A DNA stretch of 64,000 nucleotides, from NCBI GenBank assembly GCA_963666975.2, contig CAXVYR010000003.1:1304577-1368576 (forward strand), written 5' to 3'. Of this stretch, positions 9,393-19,179 are shown piece after piece; positions within the stretch are counted from its first letter, which is position 1, and each line of letters starts with the position of its first letter. The translations under genes were made by a program, and so were the position numbers. The notes beneath the pieces are model-generated. The model was not told the origin of the DNA, searched no databases, and saw nothing but the letters and a program-made list of their open reading frames with translations. Source of the stretch: Terriglobia bacterium (GTDB lineage: Bacteria > Acidobacteriota > Terriglobia > 2-12-FULL-54-10).

Positions 9393-12236
9393 CTACGACT
9401 GCTTCAACACACCCACGCAGCGGTCGCAGAGGTTGGGGAACTCCGGGTCTTGGCCCACCTTTACGGAATAGTTCCAACAACGCTCGCATTTCTCCCCGTC
9501 GGCGCGGCGGACCGCGACGCGAAGGCCGCGAATCAGGCCTTCTTCGGCGCCGGGCAAACCGTCTATCGAAAGATGCACCTGGGAGACGATAAACAGCATG
9601 GGCAGCAGTCCCTGATACTGCTCCAGCAGCCGCACCCATTCGCCCTCCGCCGAAAGCTCCACCTTTGCCTGGAGCGAGTTGCCGATGAATTTTTCCTTCC
9701 GCGCGGCCTCCAGGGCCTTCAGCACTTCATTCCGCACGGTGATCAGCCGGTCCCAATTGCTCAAGCGCTCGACCTGCGCGACACTCAGATCACCCGAGAG
9801 GCTCGCCGCATCCGGGAACCGCGCCAAGTGGACGCTCGGAATCTCGGCAGGCCTGCCGGGCAGATGGCTCCAGATTTCCTCCGAGGTAAACGACAGCATC
9901 GGCGCCACCAGCCGCACCAAAGCGTCGGAGATGCGGAACAAAGCGGTCTGAGCGCTGCGGCGGGCCAAGCCCTGGGGCGCTGCCGTATAGAGCCGGTCCT
10001 TGGCGATATCCAGATAGAAGGCGCTCAACTCGACCGTGCAGAAGTTGTAGACGGCGTGGTAAACCTTGTGAAAGGCGAACTCTTCATACCAGCTCCGGCA
10101 CATCTCCACCAGGCGGGACGTGCGGTACAGAGCCCACTGGTCCACTTCCATCATTTGTCCCACGGGCACTTGATCCTGGGCGGGGTCAAAGTCAAACAGG
10201 TTGGCCAGGCAGTACCGGAAGGTGTTGCGAATTTTGCGGTACGAATCCGTCAGCCGGGAGAGCATCTCGCGGGAAATACGCACGTCGTCCCGGAAATCCA
10301 TGGACGCCACCCACAACCGCAGAATCTCAGCGCCCTGCGAATTGATGATCGTTTGCGGCTCAATGATATTGCCGAGCGACTTGGACATGGCTCTTCCCTG
10401 CTCGTCCAGAACCCACCCATGGCTCGCCACCTGCCGGTAGGGAGATGCGTTGCGCAACCCAACACCCACCAACAGCGAGCTCTGGAACCATCCACGGAAT
10501 TGGTCGCCTCCCTCGATGTAGAGATCGGCAGGCCAGGACAAGCCTGATTGCTTTCCCAGAACCGCCAGGTGGCTGGAGCCGGAATCAAACCACACATCCA
10601 GGATGTCCCGCTCCGGGCGGAACTGCGTCCCCCCACACTTGCGGCATGTGGTTCCCGCAGGCAGCAATTCACCGGGCTTTTTCGTATACCATGCGTCGGA
10701 GGTCTCTTTGCTGAAGATCTCCACGACACGGGAAAGCGCCGTGCGTTCGGCCAGTAATTCATTGCAGGATTCGCAATAGAAAACAATAATCGGCACTCCC
10801 CAGATTCGCTGGCGCGAGATGCACCAATCCGGCCGGGTGGCGATCATATTGGAAATCCGCTCCATGCCCCATTCCGGAAGCCAGCGCACCTTGCGCACCT
10901 CCGACAGAGCGTGCTTCCGCAGATCCCGGTGGTCCAGATTGATGAACCACTGCTCGGTGGCCCGGAAGATCACCGGACGATGGCACCGCCAGCAGTGCGG
11001 GTAGGAATGCTCCAGCGTCTCGGAATGGAGCAGTTGCCCGCGACTGCGCAGGATTTCGACGACTGCGGGATTGGCCTCAAACACCGTCTTGCCGGAGATA
11101 TCCGGGTATGCGGCGCTGAAGCGGCCTTTGTCGTCCACCGGGCAAAGGGTTTCCAGGCCGTATTTCTCCCCCATGGCGAAGTCTTCCTGGCCGTGGCCGG
11201 GAGCGGTGTGAACGACGCCGCTGCCCTGCTCCACCGTTACGTGGTTGCCCAGAACCCCCACCGACTCCCTCTCCAAAAACGGATGCTGAAACCGCACCCC
11301 TTCAAACTGGCTGCCCGGCAGGGTCGCCAGCATTTTCCCTGGCTGAAAACCGCATTTCTCGGCCACCGTCTGCAATAGCGGACGGGCCACCAGGAAAACT
11401 TCTGAATCCGAAGATGAGCCGCTCTCAACGGCCACGTATTCCATCGAAGGATGGAAGGCTAGCGCCATGTTGGCGGGCAATGTCCAGGGAGTGGTGGTCC
11501 ATATGATGGCGCTGAGGCGGCGTCCTGCCAGGGCCGGGGAAATCTGCCCGGGGTCGGAGAGCATGGAAAACTTCACCCAGATCGACGGGCTCGTGTGATT
11601 CTGGTACTCCACCTCCGCTTCGGCCAGGGCTGTGCGGCAATGGATACACCAGTAAACGGGTTTCAACCCTTTGTACACATACCCTTTGTCCAGGAACTCC
11701 AGGAAGGCCCCGGCAATCACAGCTTCGTAGGAAGCCGCCATGGTCAGATAAGGCTCTTCCCAGCGGCCAAAGATGCCCAGCCGCTTGAAGTCGCGGCGAT
11801 GCAGGTCAACGTATTTCTTGGCGTACTTGCGGCACTCGCGGCGAATCTCCACAGGATGCATCTTGGCTTTTTTCGCGCCCAGTTCCTGGTCCACTTTGAT
11901 TTCAATGGGCAAACCGTGGCAATCCCAGCCTGGAGTGAAAGATGCATTGAACCCCGCCATGCTCTTGGACTTGACAATAAAGTCTTTTAGAATCTTATTG
12001 AGGGCCGTTCCCAGATGAATTTTTCCGTTGGCATAGGGAGGGCCATCGTGAAGTGTATAAACCGGGGCGTCCCCTCGCATTTCCCGAAGCCGGTCATAAA
12101 TTTTATCCTTTTCCCAGCGCTCCAGCATTTTCGGCTCGCTCTGGCTGAGGTTGGCCTTCATGGGAAAGGCGGTCTTAGGTAAGTTGACCGTACTTTTCAC
12201 GTCCACAGGAGCGCGCATTTTGTCTCCGCTTTTCAT
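9393..12236 (-). CDS. ileS: Isoleucine--tRNA ligase
   Basis: LHDGPPYANG..HLGT, PGWDCHGLP, WTTTPWT, DWCISRQR, AMSKS, C-terminal CERCW...CDRC zinc finger. Confidence 0.98.
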   Translation of the reverse strand: MKSGDKMRAPVDVKSTVNLPKTAFPMKANLSQSEPKMLERWEKDKIYDRLREMRGDAPVYTLHDGPPYANGKIHLGTALNKILKDFIVKSKSMAGFNASFTPGWDCHGLPIEIKVDQELGAKKAKMHPVEIRRECRKYAKKYVDLHRRDFKRLGIFGRWEEPYLTMAASYEAVIAGAFLEFLDKGYVYKGLKPVYWCIHCRTALAEAEVEYQNHTSPSIWVKFSMLSDPGQISPALAGRRLSAIIWTTTPWTLPANMALAFHPSMEYVAVESGSSSDSEVFLVARPLLQTVAEKCGFQPGKMLATLPGSQFEGVRFQHPFLERESVGVLGNHVTVEQGSGVVHTAPGHGQEDFAMGEKYGLETLCPVDDKGRFSAAYPDISGKTVFEANPAVVEILRSRGQLLHSETLEHSYPHCWRCHRPVIFRATEQWFINLDHRDLRKHALSEVRKVRWLPEWGMERISNMIATRPDWCISRQRIWGVPIIVFYCESCNELLAERTALSRVVEIFSKETSDAWYTKKPGELLPAGTTCRKCGGTQFRPERDILDVWFDSGSSHLAVLGKQSGLSWPADLYIEGGDQFRGWFQSSLLVGVGLRNASPYRQVASHGWVLDEQGRAMSKSLGNIIEPQTIINSQGAEILRLWVASMDFRDDVRISREMLSRLTDSYRKIRNTFRYCLANLFDFDPAQDQVPVGQMMEVDQWALYRTSRLVEMCRSWYEEFAFHKVYHAVYNFCTVELSAFYLDIAKDRLYTAAPQGLARRSAQTALFRISDALVRLVAPMLSFTSEEIWSHLPGRPAEIPSVHLARFPDAASLSGDLSVAQVERLSNWDRLITVRNEVLKALEAARKEKFIGNSLQAKVELSAEGEWVRLLEQYQGLLPMLFIVSQVHLSIDGLPGAEEGLIRGLRVAVRRADGEKCERCWNYSVKVGQDPEFPNLCDRCVGVLKQS

Positions 12237-12487
12237 TGTCGATTGATTATAATCGTCCTCGCTGAATACTGTCCAGGTTATAAAGGGGCAGCAATTCGCA
12301 GCCTGCTATAGTAATATAAAATAATTGGGAACGGCAGAAGATGAAAAAAATGGGATGCAACTTTTAGCATTCGATGATCATCTTTACTCATTAGGTGCAT
12401 AGAAGCAAAGCGGCACCTGTGGCAGTTTTGTTAAGTTTACGGGCTTATTGAGATGCAGGAGTAGAACTTAGCCTTTCTCGCGGAAAA

Positions 12488-13489
12488 ATGCCAACCGACC
12501 TTCGTGTAAAGCAATCCGAGAAGCATTCAACGGCTCCAGGACATTCGCCCGTCCAGGACCCGCTCGGTCACCTGTTGATCGTGCCTGAGCCGTTGTTCGC
12601 ATCGCTCGTTCGGCAGATAAAGGAAACCTTCCGTCCGCCTAAGCTTCCTCCATTGCAAGTCACCTCCAAGCCGGCAGAGGTTCAGGACATCTGGGGCAAA
12701 CGCGAATATAGCCGGGTCTCCGGGCGTATCTCGCTATACACGCACCTTGCGGTTCTGGCGTTGCTCATGATCCCCTTCGGCCGCGAGGTGGTGGAGGTGG
12801 TGAGAGAAGAGGTTGTCCCGCTGTTCCTCTCCCCTTATGAGGTAGACCTGCCGCCTGCGCCCGACGAGGCTGGCGGCGGCGGGGGCGGCGGCGATCGTTC
12901 TCCGGAACCGGCTTCTGCGGGCGACTTGCCGGAGCCTGCCTTGATACAGTTGACTCCTCCTGCTGTGGTCCTCCGGAATCCCGAACCGGAACTGCCCGTG
13001 AAACCAACGGTCGTCGTGCCTCCACAGATTACGCTTCCGTCGGTGAACCTGGCACAGTTGGGAGACCCGTTAAGTTATATCCCCGTTCCTTCCAGCGGCC
13101 CTGGCGGAGGCGGCGGCATTGGGACGGGTTCCGGCGGCGGAGTGGGCTCAGGCTCCGGACCGGGCGTCGGCCCTGGCGAGGGCGGAGGAATCGGCGGAGG
13201 AGTGTTCCGGGTGGGCGGAGGCGTTACAGCCCCGCAGGTGCTTTATCAGGAGGACCCGGAATATTCCGAGCAAGCCCGCAAAGCAAAATTCCAGGGCACG
13301 GTGGTCTTAACCCTGGTGGTGCAAAGCGACGGATCAGTGCGCGACATACGCGTGGCGCAATCCTTGGGCCTCGGACTGGACGAAAAGGCCGTTGAGGCCG
13401 TGGAAAAGTGGCGTTTCCGTCCCGGCATGAAGAGCGGCAAGCCTGTGGACGTCGCCGCCACCATTGAAGTGACCTTCCGGCTGCTGTAA
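12488..13489 (+). CDS. Energy transducer TonB
   Basis: TM segment, Pro/Gly-rich linker, C-terminal PEYSEQARKAKFQGTVVL...LGLGLDEKAVEAV..WRF.P. Confidence 0.92.
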   Translation: MPTDLRVKQSEKHSTAPGHSPVQDPLGHLLIVPEPLFASLVRQIKETFRPPKLPPLQVTSKPAEVQDIWGKREYSRVSGRISLYTHLAVLALLMIPFGREVVEVVREEVVPLFLSPYEVDLPPAPDEAGGGGGGGDRSPEPASAGDLPEPALIQLTPPAVVLRNPEPELPVKPTVVVPPQITLPSVNLAQLGDPLSYIPVPSSGPGGGGGIGTGSGGGVGSGSGPGVGPGEGGGIGGGVFRVGGGVTAPQVLYQEDPEYSEQARKAKFQGTVVLTLVVQSDGSVRDIRVAQSLGLGLDEKAVEAVEKWRFRPGMKSGKPVDVAATIEVTFRLL

Positions 13490-13570
13490 GCCCTTCTTTC
13501 CTTCCTCCACACCTATGGGAAGCACGCGGAACGGTTTTTTCGGGATTATCCTTTTGGCAAGTCCAAGCGT

Positions 13571-14101
13571 TTAGTCTTCCGAGCATCCTGATCGCTGGTG
13601 TTGCTTTGAATATTCCCACAGAGCGCGATCAAGATCGCGCAGTGAGACGTTGGAATTGTGTGCAAGCTGACGGCAGCAGGAGAGGTATTCCAACCAAAGC
13701 GCGATTGAATAGTATTTCTTCTCGCAGTTCAAAGACCATAATGTTCTAAAGTCGAGGATTGGATACAACTCTGGTGCGGCGAGATGTAAAAGGGCTGAAG
13801 CGGTCCGCACTCTCACACCATGCAGTACGGTTAGTGCGACAATCCGAACCTGTTCATCAGGGGTTGCTAGGGCGATCTGTGTGAATTTGCGGACATCTTC
13901 CTCGGTGTTCTTTTCGTAATGACGCCGAACTCTACCCCGCGTCTTCCAGTCGCAGACAGCGATGAAGTCCTTTTTAGTATAGTAACCAACCTTCCCGCTG
14001 CGTGCGCCGATCTCAAGAACCTCAACGTCTCCGTAAACATAAGAATACCGAGCAGCCCAAGGCAGGATTTCGTTTGCTGGGAATCTCAGCGAAAAATTCA
14101 T
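13571..14101 (-). CDS. Hypothetical protein, helix-hairpin-helix DNA glycosylase-like
   Basis: LHGVRVRTASALL...YPILD resembles an HhH motif plus catalytic Asp; WK and RDLDRALW motifs; low GC. Confidence 0.65.
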   Translation of the reverse strand: MNFSLRFPANEILPWAARYSYVYGDVEVLEIGARSGKVGYYTKKDFIAVCDWKTRGRVRRHYEKNTEEDVRKFTQIALATPDEQVRIVALTVLHGVRVRTASALLHLAAPELYPILDFRTLWSLNCEKKYYSIALWLEYLSCCRQLAHNSNVSLRDLDRALWEYSKQHQRSGCSED

Positions 14102-14114
14102 TCCGTCTAGGCGG

Positions 14115-14202
14115 GTAGCCACGGCGAATGCTGTTGTCGCCGTGGGCTTTTCCCGAATTTACAAACCCACGGCAAATTTGAACTGCAATTTGCCGTGGCT
14201 AC
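14115..14202. repeat. Complete GTAG-type REPIN (88 bp)
   Basis: GTAGCCACGGCGA..TCGCCGTGG, spacer, CCACGGCAAATT..AATTTGCCGTGGCTAC: two GTAG-REP hairpins in inverted orientation. Confidence 0.85.
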
Positions 14203-14246
14203 CACTGTTTGCTCATACGTTTTCGATCACGTTGTCGTGATCTTGT

Positions 14247-15689
14247 TCACCTCTGTGTCTCCGTGCCTCCGTGGCGATCCGCAGTCCGCCGCTTTCGCTC
14301 CCAAATCTCTTCGAGCCGTTTCCGAAACTCTTTCTCCAATCCTTGCTGCGACGGCTGGTAGTACTGCCTCCCCTCCAAGCCGGGAGGAAGGCAAGGCATG
14401 GCCGAAATCTTCTCTTCGAGATTGTGGGCGTACTCGTAGCCCTCTCCATAACCTTCCTCTTTCATCAAGCGAGTGGGCGCGTTGCGCAGATGCAATGGCA
14501 CCGGCTGGGCTGCGGTCGTCTCCAGGTCTTGCTGGGCGGCCCCATAGGCCGCATAGAGACTGTTTGATTTGGGCGCCAGCGCCAAATAGATGGCCGCCTC
14601 GGCCAGAGCCAGCGCGCCTTCCGGCATCCCCACAAAATGGACCGCCTGCATGGCGGCAATCGCCAGAGGCAGGGCCTGGGGGTCGGCCAGCCCCACGTCT
14701 TCGCTGGCAAACCGCACGATGCGCCGCGCGACGTAGAGAGGGTCCTCCCCGGCCTCCAGCATTCGCGCCAGCCAGTGCAACGCAGCGTCGGGATCGCTGT
14801 TCCGCAGGGACTTGTGCAGAGCGGAGATCAGATTGAAATGCTCCTCGCCGGCCTTGTCGTAGAGAAGGGTCTTGCGCTCCAGGGCAGCCTCCAAAACAGC
14901 GGGCGTGATCCGAATCTTTTTCCCTTCCGAGCCTTCCTCCGGCTCCGTGCCCCGGACCACTGCTTCCAGGACGTTGAAGGCGACGCGGGCGTCCCCACCG
15001 GCGAACACGGCCATTTGGCGCAACAGCGATTCCGTCACTTCAATATTTTGCTCGCCCAGCCCATGCTCCCGGTCCTTTAGGGCGCGATGCAGCAATACCA
15101 TGATCTGATCTTCATCGAGCGGGTGGAGCCGGTAGACCCGCGAACGCGACAGCAGCGCGGCGATCACCTCGAAAGAAGGGTTTTCCGTTGTCGCCCCGAT
15201 CAAAACGACATCGCCCTTCTCCACGTAAGGGAGAAAAGCGTCCTGCTGCGCCTTGTTGAAGCGGTGAATTTCGTCGATAAAAAGAATCGTGCTCCGGCCC
15301 AGGCGGCGCGCCCGTGCAGCGTCCGCCATCACGGCCTTGATCTCCTTCATGCCGCTTAAGACGGCGCTAAAGGTGACGAAGGTGCTCTTGGTTCTTTGCG
15401 CAATCACGCGCGCCAGAGTCGTCTTGCCGACTCCGGGGGGACCCCAGAAGATGAGCGAGGAAATTTCGTCCCGCTCCAGCTGCGTGCGAAGAGGCTTACC
15501 CGGCGCGAGCAGATGCTGCTGACCGACCACTTCCTCGATCCCTTGCGGCCTCATGCGGTCCGCGAGCGGGCGCGGGAGTTTTGCTTTCTCTCTTTGTTCC
15601 AGCTCTTCCGGTTCCAGGCTGGGGAATAATCCCATAATGTTTTTCCCTGGTTGCGTTTTTACTGGTTGTAATTCATCGTTGTGATTCAT
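14247..15689 (-). CDS. rarA: Replication-associated recombination protein A (MgsA/RarA)
   Basis: PLADRMRP, WGPPGVGKTT, FIDEIHRFNKAQQD, GATTENPSF, ISALHKS.R.SDPDAA. Confidence 0.95.
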   Translation of the reverse strand: MNHNDELQPVKTQPGKNIMGLFPSLEPEELEQREKAKLPRPLADRMRPQGIEEVVGQQHLLAPGKPLRTQLERDEISSLIFWGPPGVGKTTLARVIAQRTKSTFVTFSAVLSGMKEIKAVMADAARARRLGRSTILFIDEIHRFNKAQQDAFLPYVEKGDVVLIGATTENPSFEVIAALLSRSRVYRLHPLDEDQIMVLLHRALKDREHGLGEQNIEVTESLLRQMAVFAGGDARVAFNVLEAVVRGTEPEEGSEGKKIRITPAVLEAALERKTLLYDKAGEEHFNLISALHKSLRNSDPDAALHWLARMLEAGEDPLYVARRIVRFASEDVGLADPQALPLAIAAMQAVHFVGMPEGALALAEAAIYLALAPKSNSLYAAYGAAQQDLETTAAQPVPLHLRNAPTRLMKEEGYGEGYEYAHNLEEKISAMPCLPPGLEGRQYYQPSQQGLEKEFRKRLEEIWERKRRTADRHGGTETQR

Positions 15690-15757
15690 GGTTGTAACTC
15701 ATGGTCACAGCGCGGGCACGCTTAATCCGGCACGTTCAATCAACACCCTCTCCGGCC

Positions 15758-16594
15758 TCAGTCGGAGTTTCTTTGGCGGGCGATTTCGTAAAGGATCACG
15801 GCGGCGGCAGTCGCGGCATTGAGCGATTCCACGGCTGCGGCCATCGGAATGGTCAATCGCCGGCCGGCTGCCGAGATTTCCTGCGGCAGTCCCGCCCCTT
15901 CCGCTCCGATTGCCACCGCCATCGGGCCGTCGCAATCTATTTCCGGAAGGCGTCTGCCTCCGCGTACGACACTCGAAAAAAGCCGCACACGGTGGCGGCG
16001 CAGCAGAGCCACAGCCTCCGCCGCAGTCAGGCCCCGAAGCATCGGCAACCGGAAAACAGCGCCCGCAGTGGCACGGACGACCTTCGCGTTGTAGGGACTC
16101 ACTGTGCTCCCGGTCAAAATAACTCCCGTGACGCCGAATGCCTCCGCGCTGCGCAGGACTGCGCCCAGATTCCCGGGGTCTTGCAGCCCCGCCACAACCA
16201 ACACCAGGGGAGACACCCGTGGGGACCCGCTGGGGAATAAATCCTGTTCACGCCATACGGGCACGCGCGCCAGCGCTAGTATTCCCTGCGGTGTTTCCGT
16301 GCTCGCGAGCCCCTGAAAAACCTCCGGCGACACCTCGCAGACCACCGTTTCGGAAGGCAGCTTTCGCAGCAGACTGCGGACACGCGGACTGCCCTTCTCA
16401 TCCACTAGAAGCTTGGGCACTAGAAGCTTGGGAATCGCTGCACCGCTGCCGAGCGCCTCCTCCACCAGCCGCACAGTCTCCAGCAGCACCAGACCGTCCG
16501 GAGATAGATCACCGGCGCGCGCCATTCCCCGCACCTGCTTGACGAGCGGATGATGGCGGCCTTCAATCTTCCGATGCGAAAAATGAGCGCCCAT
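15758..16594 (-). CDS. TrmH/SpoU-family RNA methyltransferase
   Basis: QDPGNLGAVLRSA, GAEGAGL, IPM...ESLNAA SPOUT motifs. Confidence 0.92.
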   Translation of the reverse strand: MGAHFSHRKIEGRHHPLVKQVRGMARAGDLSPDGLVLLETVRLVEEALGSGAAIPKLLVPKLLVDEKGSPRVRSLLRKLPSETVVCEVSPEVFQGLASTETPQGILALARVPVWREQDLFPSGSPRVSPLVLVVAGLQDPGNLGAVLRSAEAFGVTGVILTGSTVSPYNAKVVRATAGAVFRLPMLRGLTAAEAVALLRRHRVRLFSSVVRGGRRLPEIDCDGPMAVAIGAEGAGLPQEISAAGRRLTIPMAAAVESLNAATAAAVILYEIARQRNSD

Positions 16595-16680
16595 GTTCGA
16601 TTCCCGAGCCAAAGGGAAATGTCACCCCGGCCAATCTGATCTTAAAACAAAAGCGCGGCTCGTGTATCATATTTGGGCGA

Positions 16681-17421
16681 ATGAAACGGCGGCATGGAGC
16701 GCATGGCGCCGCTGGCTGTGAAGACCCGGAGCATAGAGACCACTTGCCCACTGACAAACCATACAAGGCGGCATTCTACGACCTGGACGGGACTTTGTTG
16801 TCATGCAATCTGGTCACCACCTACGCATATTACGCCCGCAATGACCGCTCGATTTTTAAGTCGGCCTATCTGCTGACCAAGGTGATACTCAGCGCTCCCT
16901 TGCTGCTGGGCCTGGACCTGTACTCCCGAACGCTGTTTAACGTATATTTTTTCAGAGCCTACCGGAACATGCACCGGGACCGTTTGATCGGCTTGGCGGA
17001 CGACCTGTTTGAGGAAACGCTCAAACCCTCCATCTATCCGAAGGCCGAGGGGCTGGTTCAGCAAACTCGCAAGGATGGGTATCGCAATATTCTGGTCACG
17101 GGGGCTCTCGATTTTACGGTCAGGCCGATTGCGCTCCATTTCGGAATTGAAGAGGTGATCTGCAACCGTCTGGAGTTCAAAAAACATATCGCAACGGGAC
17201 GGGTCCTGGATCCGCTGGTCGCAGAGATGGAAAAAGCCCGGATCATCCGCGATTACGCGGCCAAGGAAGGAATCGATCTGGCACAGTCGTGCACCTTTTC
17301 CGACAGCACTTCAGACATTCCCATGCTGACCGTCTCCGGCCACCCGGTGGCAACCAACCCCTCCCGCAGGCTGCGAAGCGTGGCGTTGCGGAATGAGTGG
17401 CCTATACTCGAATTGAGTTGA
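16681..17421 (+). CDS. HAD-IB family hydrolase (SerB-like; ElbB-like)
   Basis: AAFYDLDGTL, LVTG, K, FSDSTSD.PML...NP motifs; true start may be TTG at about 16744. Confidence 0.9.
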   Translation: MKRRHGAHGAAGCEDPEHRDHLPTDKPYKAAFYDLDGTLLSCNLVTTYAYYARNDRSIFKSAYLLTKVILSAPLLLGLDLYSRTLFNVYFFRAYRNMHRDRLIGLADDLFEETLKPSIYPKAEGLVQQTRKDGYRNILVTGALDFTVRPIALHFGIEEVICNRLEFKKHIATGRVLDPLVAEMEKARIIRDYAAKEGIDLAQSCTFSDSTSDIPMLTVSGHPVATNPSRRLRSVALRNEWPILELS

Positions 17422-17463
17422 GACGGATCAGGACACTGACTTTCAGAATACGGATGATTCGGA

Positions 17464-19179
17464 ATGGCGGCGCAGGAACCCGCCTTCGCACAGTTTTCTC
17501 CAAGGAGCCGGTTTTTGACATACGGGAACGGATATGATCCCGCCGAGGCGGCAAAGGATTGCGTAGTTTATCTGGACCAGAAGTCGGCTCCGCGCGTACT
17601 GTTTAGCGGCGAAGACCTGCTGGAGGTTTCCTTGCCGGCGGGCACGCGCGTCGTCTACACAAAGCCCCCCATCCCCGGATTGCCGGACCCGGCTGCGGCG
17701 ATCCGCCATGCTCTCGAGCATCCGGAAAACATGGAGCCGCTTTCGGCGCTGTTGCAGCCCGGCATGAAGATCACCATCGCCATAGACGACATTTCCCTGC
17801 CCCTGCCGATGATGAAGCTTCCCGACATTCGGCAATCGGTTCTGGAAATTGTTCTCGACATACTGGCCTCCCACGGCATTGAAGACATCCACATCATCCT
17901 GGCGATATCCTTTCACCGCCGCCTGACGGTTGCGGAGATGAAGCGGTGCGTCGGCAAAAAGATATTCCAGGCCTTTTACCCGGATCGCTACTACAACCAC
18001 GACGGCGAAGATCCGGACGGCATGGTGGAACTGGAGCAGACGGCGCACGGAGAGCGTGTGCGGATCAACCGCAGGGCCGCGGAATCGGACCTGCTGATTT
18101 ACGTAAACATCAATCTGGTCCCGATGGACGGGGGGCATAAGTCTGTCGGCGTCGGCCTCTGCGACTATCCCACCTTGCAGGCGCATCACACGCCGCAGAC
18201 GATCCTGGCATCGGATTCCTACATGGACCCCGCCCGGTCCGCAATTTCCCATTCCTGCGAACGCATCGGGGCGGTGATCGACAAGCATCTCCGGGTCTTT
18301 CATATCGAAACAGCGCTCAACAACCGGATGTTTGACCGCACTTCGGATTTTCTTGCCCGCAACGAAGACGGCTATTCCGCAACGGACCGTTTCAAGCTCA
18401 AGGCCGCCCAGTTCGCCCTCTCGAAAATGTCCGCTTCCATGAAGCGCAATCTTTTCTTCCGCATTCCGGCGGACTATGAAATGATCGGGGTCCACGCCGG
18501 TGAAACGGCAGCGACGCACAGCAAGATTTTGCAGTACTGCTATGACCAGTACTGCATTCCCGTCGAAGGCCAGTCCGACGTGATGATTACGGGAATCACA
18601 TTCGTGTCGCCCTATAACGTCAATTCGATCATGAACCCGCTGCTGGTCCAGGTGATAGCGCTCGGCTATTTCTTTAATTTTTACCGCAACATGCCGGTCG
18701 TAAAAAAGAACGGCGTCCTGATCCTCACGCATCCTTGCTACGATGAGTTCGATCCCGTCTTTCATCCTTCCTACATCGAGTTCTTCAACCGGATTCTGAC
18801 GGAAACGCGGAATTCAGCGGAACTCCAAAGAAAATATGAAACCGAATTTGCCACCGATCCCGGCTACATCCGAATGTACCGCGAAGGCAACGCCTATCAC
18901 GGGGTTCATCCCTTCTACATGTGGTACTGGGGAGAAAACGGCCGCGCGCACATGGGCAAGGTGATCGTCGTCGGCAGCATCAACAAGCGAGTGCCCGCCA
19001 TCCTGGGCTGGGACACGGCGGATTCGATGGAGCAGGCTCTGGAAATGGCGCAGTCCCACGTCGGTCGCAAGCCTAGCATCACACTGCTCCACTTCCCTCC
19101 CATCCTAATGGCCGATATGATAGGAACACCGGAGACGATCCCGGCAAGACCTCCTGAACCCGAGGGGAGGCATGGCTAA
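17464..19179 (+). CDS. Lactate racemase-domain (DUF2088/LarA-like) protein, ElbC-like
   Basis: IAIDDISLP, H.R, YNHD.ED, G.T..GE.V.IN, DGGHKS pattern of the LarA N-terminal family. Confidence 0.8.
   Translation: MAAQEPAFAQFSPRSRFLTYGNGYDPAEAAKDCVVYLDQKSAPRVLFSGEDLLEVSLPAGTRVVYTKPPIPGLPDPAAAIRHALEHPENMEPLSALLQPGMKITIAIDDISLPLPMMKLPDIRQSVLEIVLDILASHGIEDIHIILAISFHRRLTVAEMKRCVGKKIFQAFYPDRYYNHDGEDPDGMVELEQTAHGERVRINRRAAESDLLIYVNINLVPMDGGHKSVGVGLCDYPTLQAHHTPQTILASDSYMDPARSAISHSCERIGAVIDKHLRVFHIETALNNRMFDRTSDFLARNEDGYSATDRFKLKAAQFALSKMSASMKRNLFFRIPADYEMIGVHAGETAATHSKILQYCYDQYCIPVEGQSDVMITGITFVSPYNVNSIMNPLLVQVIALGYFFNFYRNMPVVKKNGVLILTHPCYDEFDPVFHPSYIEFFNRILTETRNSAELQRKYETEFATDPGYIRMYREGNAYHGVHPFYMWYWGENGRAHMGKVIVVGSINKRVPAILGWDTADSMEQALEMAQSHVGRKPSITLLHFPPILMADMIGTPETIPARPPEPEGRHG

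Noticed and set aside
12870-13225. Gly-rich repeats in tonB
   Set aside because: Ordinary low-complexity linker of this TonB type.
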